The translations under genes and the position numbers were made by a program. Below the pieces are notes generated by a model, which did no database searches, was not told where the DNA came from, and saw only the letters and a program-made list of their open reading frames with translations. A stretch of DNA of 64,000 nt from Antedon mediterranea. Taxonomy: Eukaryota; Animalia; Echinodermata. Shown in pieces: positions 28,564 to 40,830 of this stretch (position 1 is the first letter of the stretch; the number at the start of each line of letters is the position of its first letter). The stretch is from NCBI RefSeq assembly GCF_964355755.1, contig NC_092676.1, positions 25,624,871-25,688,870 on the forward strand, written 5' to 3'.

Positions 28564-28734
28564 CAATAGCGGGTTAATCAATGGATCACTTCGAAAACCC
28601 GCAAATGAATTACTCCGGTTCAGTGACTGGCGATGGGTGCTACTACGGCGCCTTAACGTTCCCGAAAAGTCTTGTAGCCGCCCTAAATAAAACATAGCGA
28701 GGTTACTAATGGAAGCGGTGGATAAACGACTCAT
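28564..28734 (-). CDS. RIPOR: RIPOR/FAM65 canonical N-terminal coding exon (57 aa)
   Basis: MSRLSTAS...SLNRSNSFAGFRSDPLINPLL contains the family motif RSxSFAGF (RIPOR2 RSQSFAGF). Acceptor tttataatctag 5 nt before the ATG (exon starts 28739); phase-0 donor gtaagt. Confidence 0.85.
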
Positions 28735-30862
28735 TGTGGCTAGATTATAAACAAAACATGATGACCGACGTTAATCCTTCCATGATATGACAGATATTAA
28801 ATGATATGACAAACCATCTTACATATGGAAGAGTTCATTATATCAATAGGGTCCCAAAAAAATTAAAAGGGCAATTAACAATTTAAATACACAATGATTA
28901 ATTGGTTAGTATATGAACATATAAATACATAAGAACGTATCTGTTGTTAAAAGTATAAAACTTCATTATTAAACGATATTAAATAAACTTTATTAGAAAG
29001 AGGATTTAGTCGGCTGTGGCTAGGCCTACATTCGTGATTATAGGCATGATGAGCACATCCGCTGCAAGGTATAGACCCCTGGTATGGCAGTTAAGCTTCT
29101 AATTTCAGAAACTCATAGGTTGTTTCTAGGTATCTATCATGTTGCAAGGTAAACAGTTTGCACAGATAGCGTGCTGAGGGTTTTAATATAGAAAGTACTA
29201 AATGCTGTCCGTTAAAAAAAAAATATTAATGGTGTTAAAAACAATGTAAATTTCAACCATAAATGAATTACCAATTTTAGAAATACTCAACATAAAATGC
29301 ATAATGAACAGGGAAAAATTTCATTTAAAAATTTTGTTTAGCAATATTGCTAATCAAACTGATTTTTAAGTCGAAAAACATTGTATTTTTTGCTACACAA
29401 TTTTCAAAATGTGTAGCAATAAGGTTGTTTTGTTTAGCTTTTTGCTATGCTACACTGGCGAAAATGTTCCCTGATGAACACTAATTTTTACATGATGAAT
29501 GTTATGTAAATGATGGGTACTTTTCAAATCTACACATCATTGCTGTATGAATTAAAACATATTCGTTTTGTTTAAACCAACTTTTAATTTTAAAAATACT
29601 CAACATAAAATTGTTATAAACATGAACACTAATTTTTACATGATGAATAAATGTTATGTGAATGATTGGTACTTTTCCAAATCTACACACCAAAACATCA
29701 TTTCTGGAAAGATTGGTATTCGTAATGCATTTTAAAGGGTTTTAAATTTGGGGCAAAATTTCGGACCTTAGGAACATTCTGGCGCCAATAAAACACTATT
29801 TCAAATTCACTGAAACAAAAAACAAGTAAATAAACAAACGTGTGAGGTGCAGAAGCACTATTGCAGTATTAATGACAAATTGTTACACCTGCCTTAGCCA
29901 TCAAGAAGATGTTGATGATAGACAGGTGGACAGCTGGCCCTTAAGGCACACCTGGAGGAAAGGTGTGTGTGCTTATTTGTTTTAAGAATGCTCTTCATCT
30001 ATACATTAATTGTCTATCTGATGGCTATTATAGTTGTAATTAAGGAATAAAATGCATTCATTCAAGATGGGTGATACTATCATGACAAAGTCAGGGCTGT
30101 AGCCACCAGTACGTTTGGTAAGGTTTGAACCCGACTACTTTTTCACAGAGGCTTTTGACAACCCAGTGGCTTGAACAGAGATTGTTCCCTTTTTCTTGTG
30201 AAAACCGGACCATTTTATTTCTCGTGGCTACATCACTATAAGTATATAGTCACAGACAATTTAGAGAACATTATCGGGTGGGATTATACTTGGATTATAT
30301 TGATGGGAATTTTGTGTCCATAATTTGCCTAAATTAGGAGGTGGGATTATACTTGAGTATGGGATTATATACTCAGTCATACACAGTGTATACCATGTGA
30401 CACTATACAGTGAAAATTAGTGGTTAGATACAAAAAAACAACATTTTTCTAAAAAGCAAAACTTTGAATATGAGAAACATTGCTGCAGAAATGATACATT
30501 ACATGATATGACATTTCGTCAATAAATGGAATTCTACTAAACAAATCTATTCACTCCCCAAACCATACTCACTTTTAAATCTAGTTCTTCTACTACCAAT
30601 TACTCCCAAAAACTAATATTTAGCGACACGTACGTATGTCAGGCAAGATGGGTATCATCCAATTGCTCCAGGAACAATGGAGGACAACATACAACACATG
30701 GAGCTTCAAGTGACATAACTAATTAACATCAAACTGTACTAGATTCTCATACAAACTTTCTCTGTGATGTTTCCTTATTCTATGAGATCTGACTTCTAAC
30801 ATTATTAAGATATTGTGTAAGGGAGATGTAGTTTAATTACCTGCTGTAGATTTCTTTTATAA

Positions 30863-31070
30863 AGCTCTGTCTACACTATCAAACTAGTTTGAAAAAAAAA
30901 AAGTTTGATGTGCCCAAATATGATAGTGATATACCCAAATATGATAGTGATATGCCCAAATATGATAGTGATATGCCCAAATATGATAGTGATATGCCCA
31001 AATCATCATGTCCATTTATGGGCACATCATATTTTGTTGTCACATAAAGTTTGATAGTGTAGACAGAGCT
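30863..31070. mobile_element. AGCTCTGTCTACAC-family MITE (PIF/Harbinger/Tourist-like), reference copy
   Basis: 23-bp TIR, TAA/TAA TSD. Other copies or fragments at about 10514, 13779, 20914, 27786, 31646, 37915, 41018, 45709, 46393, 50211, 50547, 52180, 57099, 59531, 60043 and 63592. Confidence 0.9.
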
Positions 31071-31770
31071 TAAAATGTCTGTCAAATTGATTAAAGAATA
31101 CTTTGACAAAAGAAAAGATGTGACTGCCAGGGTTCAAAAGATTCTGTTGAGTTTTGTTTTGTTGTTGTTTTTACGAGTGGGGGAAAAGTTGTTAATAAAA
31201 AGATTTGAAAAATACGAGGATGATTATTTAAAAGTTAGCTAGGCCGAGTTTACTTACACTGGAAGGAAAGCCATTAAATAATGGATTTCAAACAGGAACA
31301 GGGAGATGTTACTTACTATATCAGGATGATTCTGCCTGGGCTTTCACTGACTGGTGTGAAATACACTAATACACCAAATTCAATTATTTATTTTTTTAAA
31401 TAAAGAAAATACCTAGCTTCTACAAAAACACTTTCTTCGTGACTTTCATGTGTTTTGAGATGTTTGACTTTTTTAACATGTCTGTAAATGGAGAGCTTTT
31501 TAAATTATCTCAAGTTTATTGAACGACCTCATTCTGTCAAACTGCACATCTTGAAAATGGCTTGATGTGCCAAAATAAATGTTTACACTTTATTTATTTC
31601 CGAATAGAAAAGACTAAATGTTTGAAAATTAATTTGTTTGTATCAAGCTCTGTCTACACTATCAAACTAGTTTGACAAAAAAGTATGATGTGCCCAAATG
31701 TGGTAGTGATATGCTTAAATATGGTAGTGATACGACATCATCATGTCCATATATGAGCACAACACATTTT

Positions 31771-32104
31771 TTACTTGGGGTACCCGTGTCTAGGACTCTC
31801 TCATCTTCTCCTCCATCCGACACTATTGAGTAAAAAGTGGGATTTATAAAGTACTACTCCTCCCTTATTCGTTGTAGTATTGAGCTGGGATTTGGCATGA
31901 ATATACTACAGGAACATGTCCTCAAAGCTATAGAATTTTTAAATTTCAAACCGGATGCAGCCATATGACGTCTCAAAGATGGTACCGTATAGCCGTATTT
32001 GATACCGAGGTTATTGATGTGTATGTGACGTCACATCCCGTCTTATGATGTCATTAAAGTTTCTTTAAATGCTGTACCCCGAGTATCGCACATTCGTGCT
32101 TGTT
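31771..32104 (+). mobile_element. Second HINE/DINE-1-like element nested in MITE 31646-32137
   Basis: Sub-TIRs ACTTGGGGTAC (31773-31783) / GTACCCCGAGT (32074-32084), 3' stem-loop GCAC-ATTC-GTGC then TTGTT. Inserted in the T-run of the MITE, whose two halves flank it. Confidence 0.7.
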
Positions 32105-32784
32105 TGTCACATAAAGTTTGATAGTGTAAACAGAGCTTTAGATTAATTATGATTTCCAAACAGTTAATGAATACCAAATAATTAAAACCATCAATGTTAA
32201 CAACAAAATGATGCAAAAATATTACTGTACAATATGTAATGTGTTAATTAAAGAGAGCTAATAATAGCTACAACAAAACCCTACCTTCCCTGTCTCTAGC
32301 TCTGCTCATCCGAGCCGAGAAACTACGTTGAAAATTCATCACGTTGTTGATTCCTTTTAAACTTCTGTTTATTTGTGGACGAATTTGGAAAATAAATTTG
32401 TTTGTAAGTTTACTGGAATAGTTGAGCTGGGTGCCAGTGTCAAGTTCATGGCAAGGTTTGCCTATAAGCGTTCTATGTACTAATAGTACTAATAGTACTA
32501 CTACTTTGGTATAATTTTTAAACAAAACTACAAGGTCACATAAGAATGTGGACACTTGAGTCAGTTTGTTTAACAGATTTGTAAACATTGTTTAACTAAT
32601 AGGATTATATTGTGTTCAAGTGTATTAAGTACAGTATAGATAGAAGGTCAGAAACAATGATTTTTGCAGTGGTTTTTCTTTTATTTGTTTATTACAAATC
32701 ATATTTTTCTTTTATAAAAACCATAATGTGAGATTATTTACTGATTTAGCACATAAAACAAAGAAATATATATTATAATTAGAA

Positions 32785-33240
32785 TATATAAACACAACAG
32801 GCATAGAAATAAATTCCAAACCGCCCGGTGATACACTGAAAATTATTTAATTAAATTTTGAAACGATAAAGATGAGGAAATCTGGGAGAATGAGAAAAAG
32901 TCGCCCCAACCGAGACTCGAACTCGGACCGTCTGCTTGATATGCAGTTGCCCTAACCATTAGACCACTGGGGCTTTCATGGTATTGTTCTTTAACTCGAT
33001 CGGATAACGACCCTTTAACATTCTCGGCGTGGTACGGTTGGAACACAACTAGTCCTCAGTTGTACGCACGCGCACCAGAGATCAAATTGATACGCCCTCA
33101 TTTATAATTCAGTATATTTATTCACTAAGCAGGATCTCGAGAGATACTTTTATATATAAACACAACAGGCATAAAAATAAATTCCAAACTGCCCGGTGAT
33201 ACACTGAAAATTATTTAATTAATTTTTGAAACGATAAAGA
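32785..33240 (-). mobile_element. (TA)n-associated interspersed repeat with internal tRNA-like Pol III promoter; one unit plus a tandem partial unit
   Basis: A box AGTGGTCTAATGG and B box AGTTCGAGTCT on - at ~32900-32975. 32785-32871 is repeated at 33153-33240. Related copies at 55950-56265, 39041-39170 and ~20410-20510. Confidence 0.7.
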
Positions 33241-33641
33241 ATATGAAATATTATAAATAAAAAATCTATATTCTTAGAATCTTATGTAATGCAATTTAAT
33301 TTACTAATATTATTTTTAATGTAAATTTGCTCACATTACTACTACTACCAATACAAGCTAACAAAAAAATAAAATGTCAAATTTGACTATCTTTCCATTA
33401 AATACCCCATCTATCTATAAATAAGACATCTAGTCCAGTTTCCCTGTGCTCTAACCCAATTTATGTCTTCATGTTTAAACTAGAGGGCATCATTTACAAG
33501 ACCACTCATTTTCACAAGCCTACAGGGAGACAATAATCAATAATTTACATCTCTCTGTAGGCCTACTTTTTGGTAATTCTATGGAAGGGCTGCTACCAGC
33601 TGAACAATTCAAAAGACAAATATAGTACAAACGATACTTAC

Positions 33642-33684
33642 ATGTGCTATACCAACTTCTCTTATGAATACAATTTAATGCCAT
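33642..33684 (-). CDS. Candidate upstream coding exon of RIPOR (MALNCIHKRSWYST, phase 1)
   Basis: ATG at 33684, 43 nt, gtaagt donor. Phase 1 joins exon 28739 in frame (T|CC ACA ATG). Confidence 0.45.
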
Positions 33685-35949
33685 TGTTATTATCCCAAAT
33701 TCTCTAAATGTCCGCGTTTAAAAAATATTTTAGTTTGCAATTTCGAATTAAGTAAATACAACTTAGCATCAATTTTTGAATCTGAGCATAGTAATATATA
33801 CGAAAAAAGAAAAATGTCGAACGCGGCAACGAAAATCTTTCAACGAGTGTCCAAATAGTAGTAATAATTAAACACGAGGATAGAGTGAGAAAGACACTAA
33901 TCCACTTCTTCTTGACACGTCGGCTCCAAGCACTCTAGTTCACTTTTTACTGCAAATGCTATTATAAAAAATTAATAGCTTAAAAAAACCACAGCTAATG
34001 GTCACACTTGCCGTACAGAGGCTTTCATGTGCTATTCAAGTGTAATGAACGGATTTAAAACAGGATTTTGCAACTCACCAATAAAAAATCTCACAAGCTA
34101 ACGTCACATATTGCGAATACCTGTCAAGAAAAAGAAATTAAAATATGATTAATTATACTAATTAAGTTACAACTTTACTTAGATGCATGATTTATAAAAT
34201 GTTAAAATTCAAATTAAACACACACTAGTACAGTAGTGTAAATTAAATACTGTATGTCTGTGATGACTAAGGTAAAGTAACATAAAACAAGAAATATTTC
34301 TTACAAAAAACGCTGCTAGCTTATTGAAAAATATTTTTTATTTCAAATGTTTTTTAATGTGTCATTTTATTGTCACATAATAGTTATTTTGCCTGAAAAA
34401 AATGTAACTTAAAGCAACAAATACTTAAATTGTCTGTCAGACAATGGTTTTTGGGTTTCTTTTCTTTTTTTATATGTGAATAAATATTATATTTTTGTTA
34501 CAGAAGTGAATACTCAATTTCTGTCACTTTAGTTAATTTTATTGCTAAGGTCAAATCTGGGGGTCACTTCATCACCCTAGATATTTCAATTGTGAAGTAT
34601 CCTATTACAAACACAAACTTTAATTGACTGTTTCGATAATAATTCAATGAATATCTGACACTGACAGTGAATATAGGGATTTGTAATTTTAGCATGACAT
34701 GTCCTAATAGACTCTTTCCCAGCCGTTTTTTGGGTCTACTGTGAATCAATAAATCATAGTGGAGTTTCCATTTTCACAAAACTGTCTGTCCTTAGAACTA
34801 TAACTGCTGCTTGCTTTAGCTTCTGATTGAGTAGTCCTAATGGGACGTAGCGGGCTAGAGCAGCAGCGTGAAAAACTAACTAGACTATAATTTATATCAA
34901 AATTTTTTTTCTTAATAAATCAGACATTGTTGAAAGAGGTGAGATATGATATTACCAAAAAAAAACTATGTTAGTTTAGACAATATTTTAACAGTTTTTG
35001 ATCATCAAAACAAAAACACAAACATGGGCAACAGCAGATGATTAAAGTAAAAACTGATAATTAGTGTAGGTTCTAGACAGAGTTTTGACTTTATAGTAAA
35101 AAGATAAATATTTTGGCACATACTGTGTTTCATACGTATACTACCTGAGAAAATCAGACTGATGGAATAACATAAACTAGACAACTACAGACTTGCGGAA
35201 AATCTAACCAATCAGACGATAGTTGCAACATTAAGAAATGTGCACTTAGAGCAATTTTGCAAGAGGAAGTAAGATTATATAATACATTCCTTTAATTCGT
35301 GACATTTCATAAATAGGACTACGAACCGAAATAAAACACATCTAAATGGGAAAGTTCTAATTAAAGATATGGATACATGCCACAGTTTATGGTTTATAAG
35401 TCATAAGGGAGATATTACATGGCTAATGACAACATAAAGGTATTGCCATTTATGACACATGCACTTATTCTAAGAGAAGCATAAAATCTAGCATACCTGT
35501 GTCGGGAATGTGAAATTACCTGTAAATTATTACTTGAAAAAATGCTTGCAAAAACATTTTTATAGTACTTCATTTGTATGTTTGTATATATTAGGATAAT
35601 TTCTACAATTTTTTAAATTATAGTCAATCATTTTATTTAGCATTATAGGTATACCAACACACCATGCCTTTTGATTTTCAGGAAATCTTTAGTTTGGCTC
35701 ATCTCATCTCATCTGTATCTTTCAAATGGGATGCCAATCATATTTTAAAATAGCACGCCCTCTTCTGTGGCCTTCTCTGCGTTTTGCCGAGTATTTCACT
35801 TAGTTTTTGACTAATTTTTTAAGTAATTATTGTTATTACAATTTGAAACAGCGTTAATATTTTTCTTCAGTATTAAAAAATAAATGCAGAATTTCAAATT
35901 GCGCAAATCATGTATAAACATTTGATTACAACCTCATCATATATCAAAC

Positions 35950-36589
35950 CATATGCCTAGCTAGCAGTCTACACCAAGATAAATTATGCTAGGACTAGGG
36001 CTCGCTTACAGTGTATATCACTTTCCTCGTCCCGTAACACACCACAATATTATAGTACTGTATAGACTCTAGTCTACCACCTCCTAGGCCTATTATATTT
36101 AAATTACATAGTTTGGGCCTGGGTCTACTTCCTACAGGAAGTGATCTGGGCCTAGGCCTAGCTAGCCTAGCTAGGCCCTAGCTAGGTATAGACAGTTTAT
36201 CCCTTTTCTTTTGTGGAATATATTATCACGCAGTGTTTCTGAAACATGTATGAATTTGTATGTTTATATATAATACTTACTAGGCCTAGATATAATAGAT
36301 TTCTAATTAAAGTATAACAACAACTACAACTGAAAATGCAATTTTGTACTTCCCGGTGTGATGGGCATTTCTTCCCTGATGGCCGGTTGCAAATTTTGGT
36401 TGTGAGCCCTCATCGATTGGAAAAACTACGCAAGTTTATTAGTCTTATTATTTTAATGAAGTTGAAACTACGTGGCTGTACATGAGAGGCTAGGGATTTC
36501 AATTTTTCAACCATCAAAAAAGTGCATGCGAGCGCACATTTTTAATATTTGTTAGTTTCATAAAGATATATTTTTTGTTTATAATAATA
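35950..36589. promoter_or_regulatory. Probable bidirectional promoter for RIPOR (-) and NUP35 (+)
   Basis: Lies between a minus-strand donor (gtaagt at 36280-36275) and the NUP35 ATG at 36590. Inverted ETS pair ACTTCCTACAGGAAGT (~36127-36142), ACTTCCCGG (~36348), raised CpG, TAGGCCTA clusters. Confidence 0.55.
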
Positions 36590-39500
36590 ATGGATGCTCA
36601 AAGTAAGACATCTCAAGTTCCGTTATAATATTAGCTTATAAACTACCGATGTTTGGTTAAGTATAACTCAAGGATAGTCTATATCTTGATTGAAAGGCTA
36701 GGCCTAGGCTAGCCCATCTCATTATGTATGATGAACGTGGTGGTTGACACTGAGACGACCACAGCAATGTTTGGAGTAGGCTCGTGTGCATGTTTTCTGT
36801 TTTGTGATATAGGCTAGGCCTAGCCTAGTCCTACCATATCTATACGACTTTCAATCTTATTCTAAAGATAGAGCATAAATGAGACTAGGCCTAATGAAAA
36901 GTAAAAAGTATAGGCCTTTGAAATTGAAATAAATTAAAGAATAGATTAAAAAAATAAAATCAACGTGAGTATGTCATGGACCATGGCAAAAAAGTCCATG
37001 GTCCATGGAGTGCTGCTACTGTACATTTTACTCTCTTTTTATTGAGTACATGTGTTAGGCCAGCTGAACTCGCCATCATCATCATCTTAATTCGCCATTG
37101 CCAGCACTTGTCCAAGTATTAATAAGATCTTAACCCAATTTAAAATAGCAGAAGAAGTTTTATCGTAACCAACATAAAACGTGACAGATTTCAATCATTT
37201 TGAATCTATATAATAATTATATCATGGTAAAATATTGCATAAATATTTATTGATCTGTTTTTAGGTGGTTACCATAGCAGCAGTCATCCTGGAATAGAAC
37301 CAATGACTCTTGGTTCTCCAATTTCAAGTGGTAGTCAACATTCCAATACCGCCTACCTCCCAGGATTCCTAATGGGAGATCCCACACCCACAGCATCTGT
37401 AAGTATTGTGTGGCACAACGAACGTACCCACAGTTAGTCTTGACTAATAGTTGTGATGCATAGAAACAAAGGAAGGGTCATAAAAGCTATTTAGGTTGTT
37501 AATCGACTCATTACCATCATGCAAGTATATACTGACGTAGTATGTAAAATTCAACTCAACATTTTGTACTTAAACATTTTGTACCCACTGTTAATAAAGC
37601 AAGTTTTCTGACCAAAAACATCTACATCATCAGTAAAATGTATTAAACTTATTAAACTGTTCATTTTTTTTCAGCCATCGGCTAATCGGCTGTGGTCAAC
37701 TAGTCCATCAAAAGCTCTCACGCCATCAACACTTGGACCAAGGGACAGTACACCAAGATTTGATAGATCAGAAAGCAGAAACATTACAAGGTAAAAAATG
37801 ATTAAGAAATGCTAAGAAGTGATTAAGGAGCTTGCCTTTAATAATCCCTCAGAAATTAAACCTCTGATTGAAACGTTTCAACAAAAATAATAAAATGCTA
37901 TCAGTCATATGTAATATGTAAGCATATCACTACCATATTTGGGTATATCACTACCATATTTGTGCATATCACTACCATATTTGTGCATATCACTACCATA
38001 TTTGGGTATATCACTACCATATTTGTGCATATCACTACCATATTTGGGTATATCACACTAATCTATTATAATTATTAATTGCTCTTTTTCCAGGGGTTCA
38101 ATTACCCATACCCCTAAAGATAAATCTGGAGCGCCACCAGTGGCCGGTCTCTTTGACAACGTCAATGCGATGAGAGGAAGTCCAGCAGTCCACACATCCT
38201 ATGCCGCATCACCTGACAGACGACAGGTAAACATTTTATTCAAAATATTGTAAAATTTGCAAAATTAATTTACATAACACATGTAATTATAAACTGGTAT
38301 TTAAATTGGAAGTATAAAGAGTGTTGTATCAAATTGTGCAATTTATCATTTTGTACAATATTTTCTTCTAGATGGATTCCAAGGGCCATATCCCACCGCC
38401 TTTATCCGCATCTTTTTCAAGAACTCCATTATATAGCTCAGTTGGTAAGCATGCATAGGTCCATGATTCTTATATTAATCTATAAATAGTATTTCATGAT
38501 TTTATAGCAAAGAATATCCCTAGTCTCAGGGTATTCAAATATACACTTTCTTGATAGGTACGCCAAGTCAGGTGCAATCCCCAGGAACTGGCAGTTTCTT
38601 CAGCCATCAAACACCCACCCCAGCATCACCAGCTCAAATTGATCCATTTTATACACAAGGGTGAGTAGTACGCAATGACCATGTTTTTTTGTAAGAAGTC
38701 TACTACAAAGTCAAGTAGACCACACACAGTCTATGCAATAGTAAATCTTGATGAAATTTTGTTATAATTTATTTTTGTTGTTGTAGAGAATCAATATCTT
38801 TAGGAGATCAACTGAATGATACATGGGTAACTGTGTTCGGGTAAGTCAATATTAAATACATTGAAAGAAAGAATTTTTAAAAGCCCTGCCAGATTTTCAC
38901 AGTCAACAGCACAGCTCTCTTACATCAGTCATTCATTCATTCATTTGTCAAGCTAGTTTAAAAAAACACAAAAATGTTAGCATACTGTAAATAGTTCATG
39001 CTTTTTATTGTTTATATATATATATATATATTTATATATATACCGGGCGGTTTAGAATTAATGTTCTTTGCCTATTGTGTTTATATATATATATTTATAT
39101 ATATACACATCAGGCAATGAACATTAATTCTAAACCGCCCGGTGATATACTGAAATTTAATTAATTAATTTGAATATGTTTATTGTATTGTATTGTAATT
39201 GTTGTTCTGTAATTTTTAATGCAAGCAATGGAATTTCCAGAAATGGATGAGAATAAAATTTGAATCTTGAATCTTAATAAATAACAATAAGCAATAATAT
39301 AAAATTGAGTTTCTTCTCGTTTTTTGTGTTCATATCTTATTATGCTAATTACTTACTTATTTACATACACATGTCCTATTGGTATATAAGCACTCTAGGC
39401 GTTGTTTACTGTTCTGATGATGAGAATAGTTTCTCGAAACATGTCACATTTACATTTTAAGGCAATTTGCCTTTTTATTAAATGCCTCGTTATAGTCATC

Positions 39501-40830
39501 CTAACTCGCAAGTTTGGTGGTATTATGCATGATATATCTTCATATTGTGTTTAAAAACTTTTCAAAACTATTTATTTCTATGTAAATATGTTTATTTTGT
39601 AGAGTACCCTCTGCTGCCGTATCATTTATTATTCAGCAGTTCTCGCAATATGGCAATATTGTCAAACATGTGGTAAGTATTCTGACTCCACATCAAATAA
39701 TTTAATTTTGTATATAACTGTGTAAAGAAATAGATGTGACTGTCCACAACTATGACGATGACAACATCTTTTCTTTGTTCGATGAAATTACAAATGATAA
39801 TATAACAAATAAATATATTGTTTTTAACAAAGATAAATTCATTTTATTTAATTCATTTTATTTTTTATTCTAAATTTGTTTGTTTATTTTATTTTGATTT
39901 TATTGTTACATGTTTATATCTTGTCATGTTTTATTTTTGTTGTTCAGCTTCGACTGGATGGACCCACCCTTGTTTACCACATTTTATTGAAGTAAATTCA
40001 AAAAATTAAAAGAAAATAGGAAGATTCTTGAAGCATAATACATATAAAAGAAAGAACACCATATTCTTATTTTTATTATAGGTCTTTTTATTCTCATCCA
40101 AATCTTTTTTTATATTATTATCTGTGTTAATTTTATTTTTTTTTATTCTTAGGTGGCAAGCAATGGAAACTGGCTTCACATTCAGTACACATCTAAAATT
40201 CAAGCAAGGAAAGCGTTGAGTAAAAACGGAAAGATCTTTGGCAATAGTATCATGGTTGGTGTCACGCCCTGTATAAACAAGGTAAATTACATTCATTTCA
40301 TAAACATTTATTTCTATTAATAATGCATAGAAAATAACAATAACAAAATAATTCAACCAAAAAATACCATTAATAGTGGATTTTACAAGAAGAAAAAACT
40401 TGTCACATCAAACAAATGGACAAAACAAACAAAAAATAAAAATTCAAAATTAGAATAATTATATCAAAATGTTTTTTTTTTTTTACAGAGTGTGATGGAA
40501 GGAAGCAATAGTCAAGCGAATGTTACGGGTCACTTAACTCCTTGTACGCCCTCATCTACGACGTATAATCGCAATTCAACAACGCCAGTTAAAAAACCCA
40601 TTCGACCTTTAACCTCTGCATATAAAACAGTTAACAGTGAAATTGAGGTATGTAATGTTTTTTTGTTGAATATACATGCAGTAAATTAAATATATGTAAC
40701 AATGCAGGAATGAAGTCAATGAATTAAGTGTCATTTTTTTTTATGTTTATAGGTTGTGCCTGACAGCAATACGCCAAAGAAATCAAATAATGTACTTACG
40801 AAAACGATGGAGTATATGTTTGGATGGTAG
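36590..40830 (+). CDS. NUP35: Nucleoporin NUP35/Nup53, complete, 11 exons, 353 aa
   Basis: join(36590-36602,37265-37398,37675-37790,38094-38226,38372-38444,38558-38660,38787-38840,39603-39672,40153-40281,40489-40647,40753-40830), all GT-AG and phase-consistent (1062 nt). Motifs [47 protein letters not shown]...[11 protein letters not shown]...GNWLHIQY...ALSKNG, C-terminal MEYMFGW*. Confidence 0.96.
39408..39450 (+). ncRNA. Minimal type-I hammerhead ribozyme motif (Penelope-like element type)
   Basis: CTGATGA (39414-20), T, stem II GAGAA-tagt-TTCTC, GAAA, then C-AT-G-TC with palindromic ACATGT helix III. Stem I is imperfect. TATATAA upstream and ATTAAA downstream, as in a pseudo-LTR remnant. 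Confidence 0.65.

Noticed and set aside
36725-36810. Box C/D snoRNA in NUP35 intron 1
   Set aside because: ATGATGA and one CTGA are present, but there is no terminal D box or closing stem.
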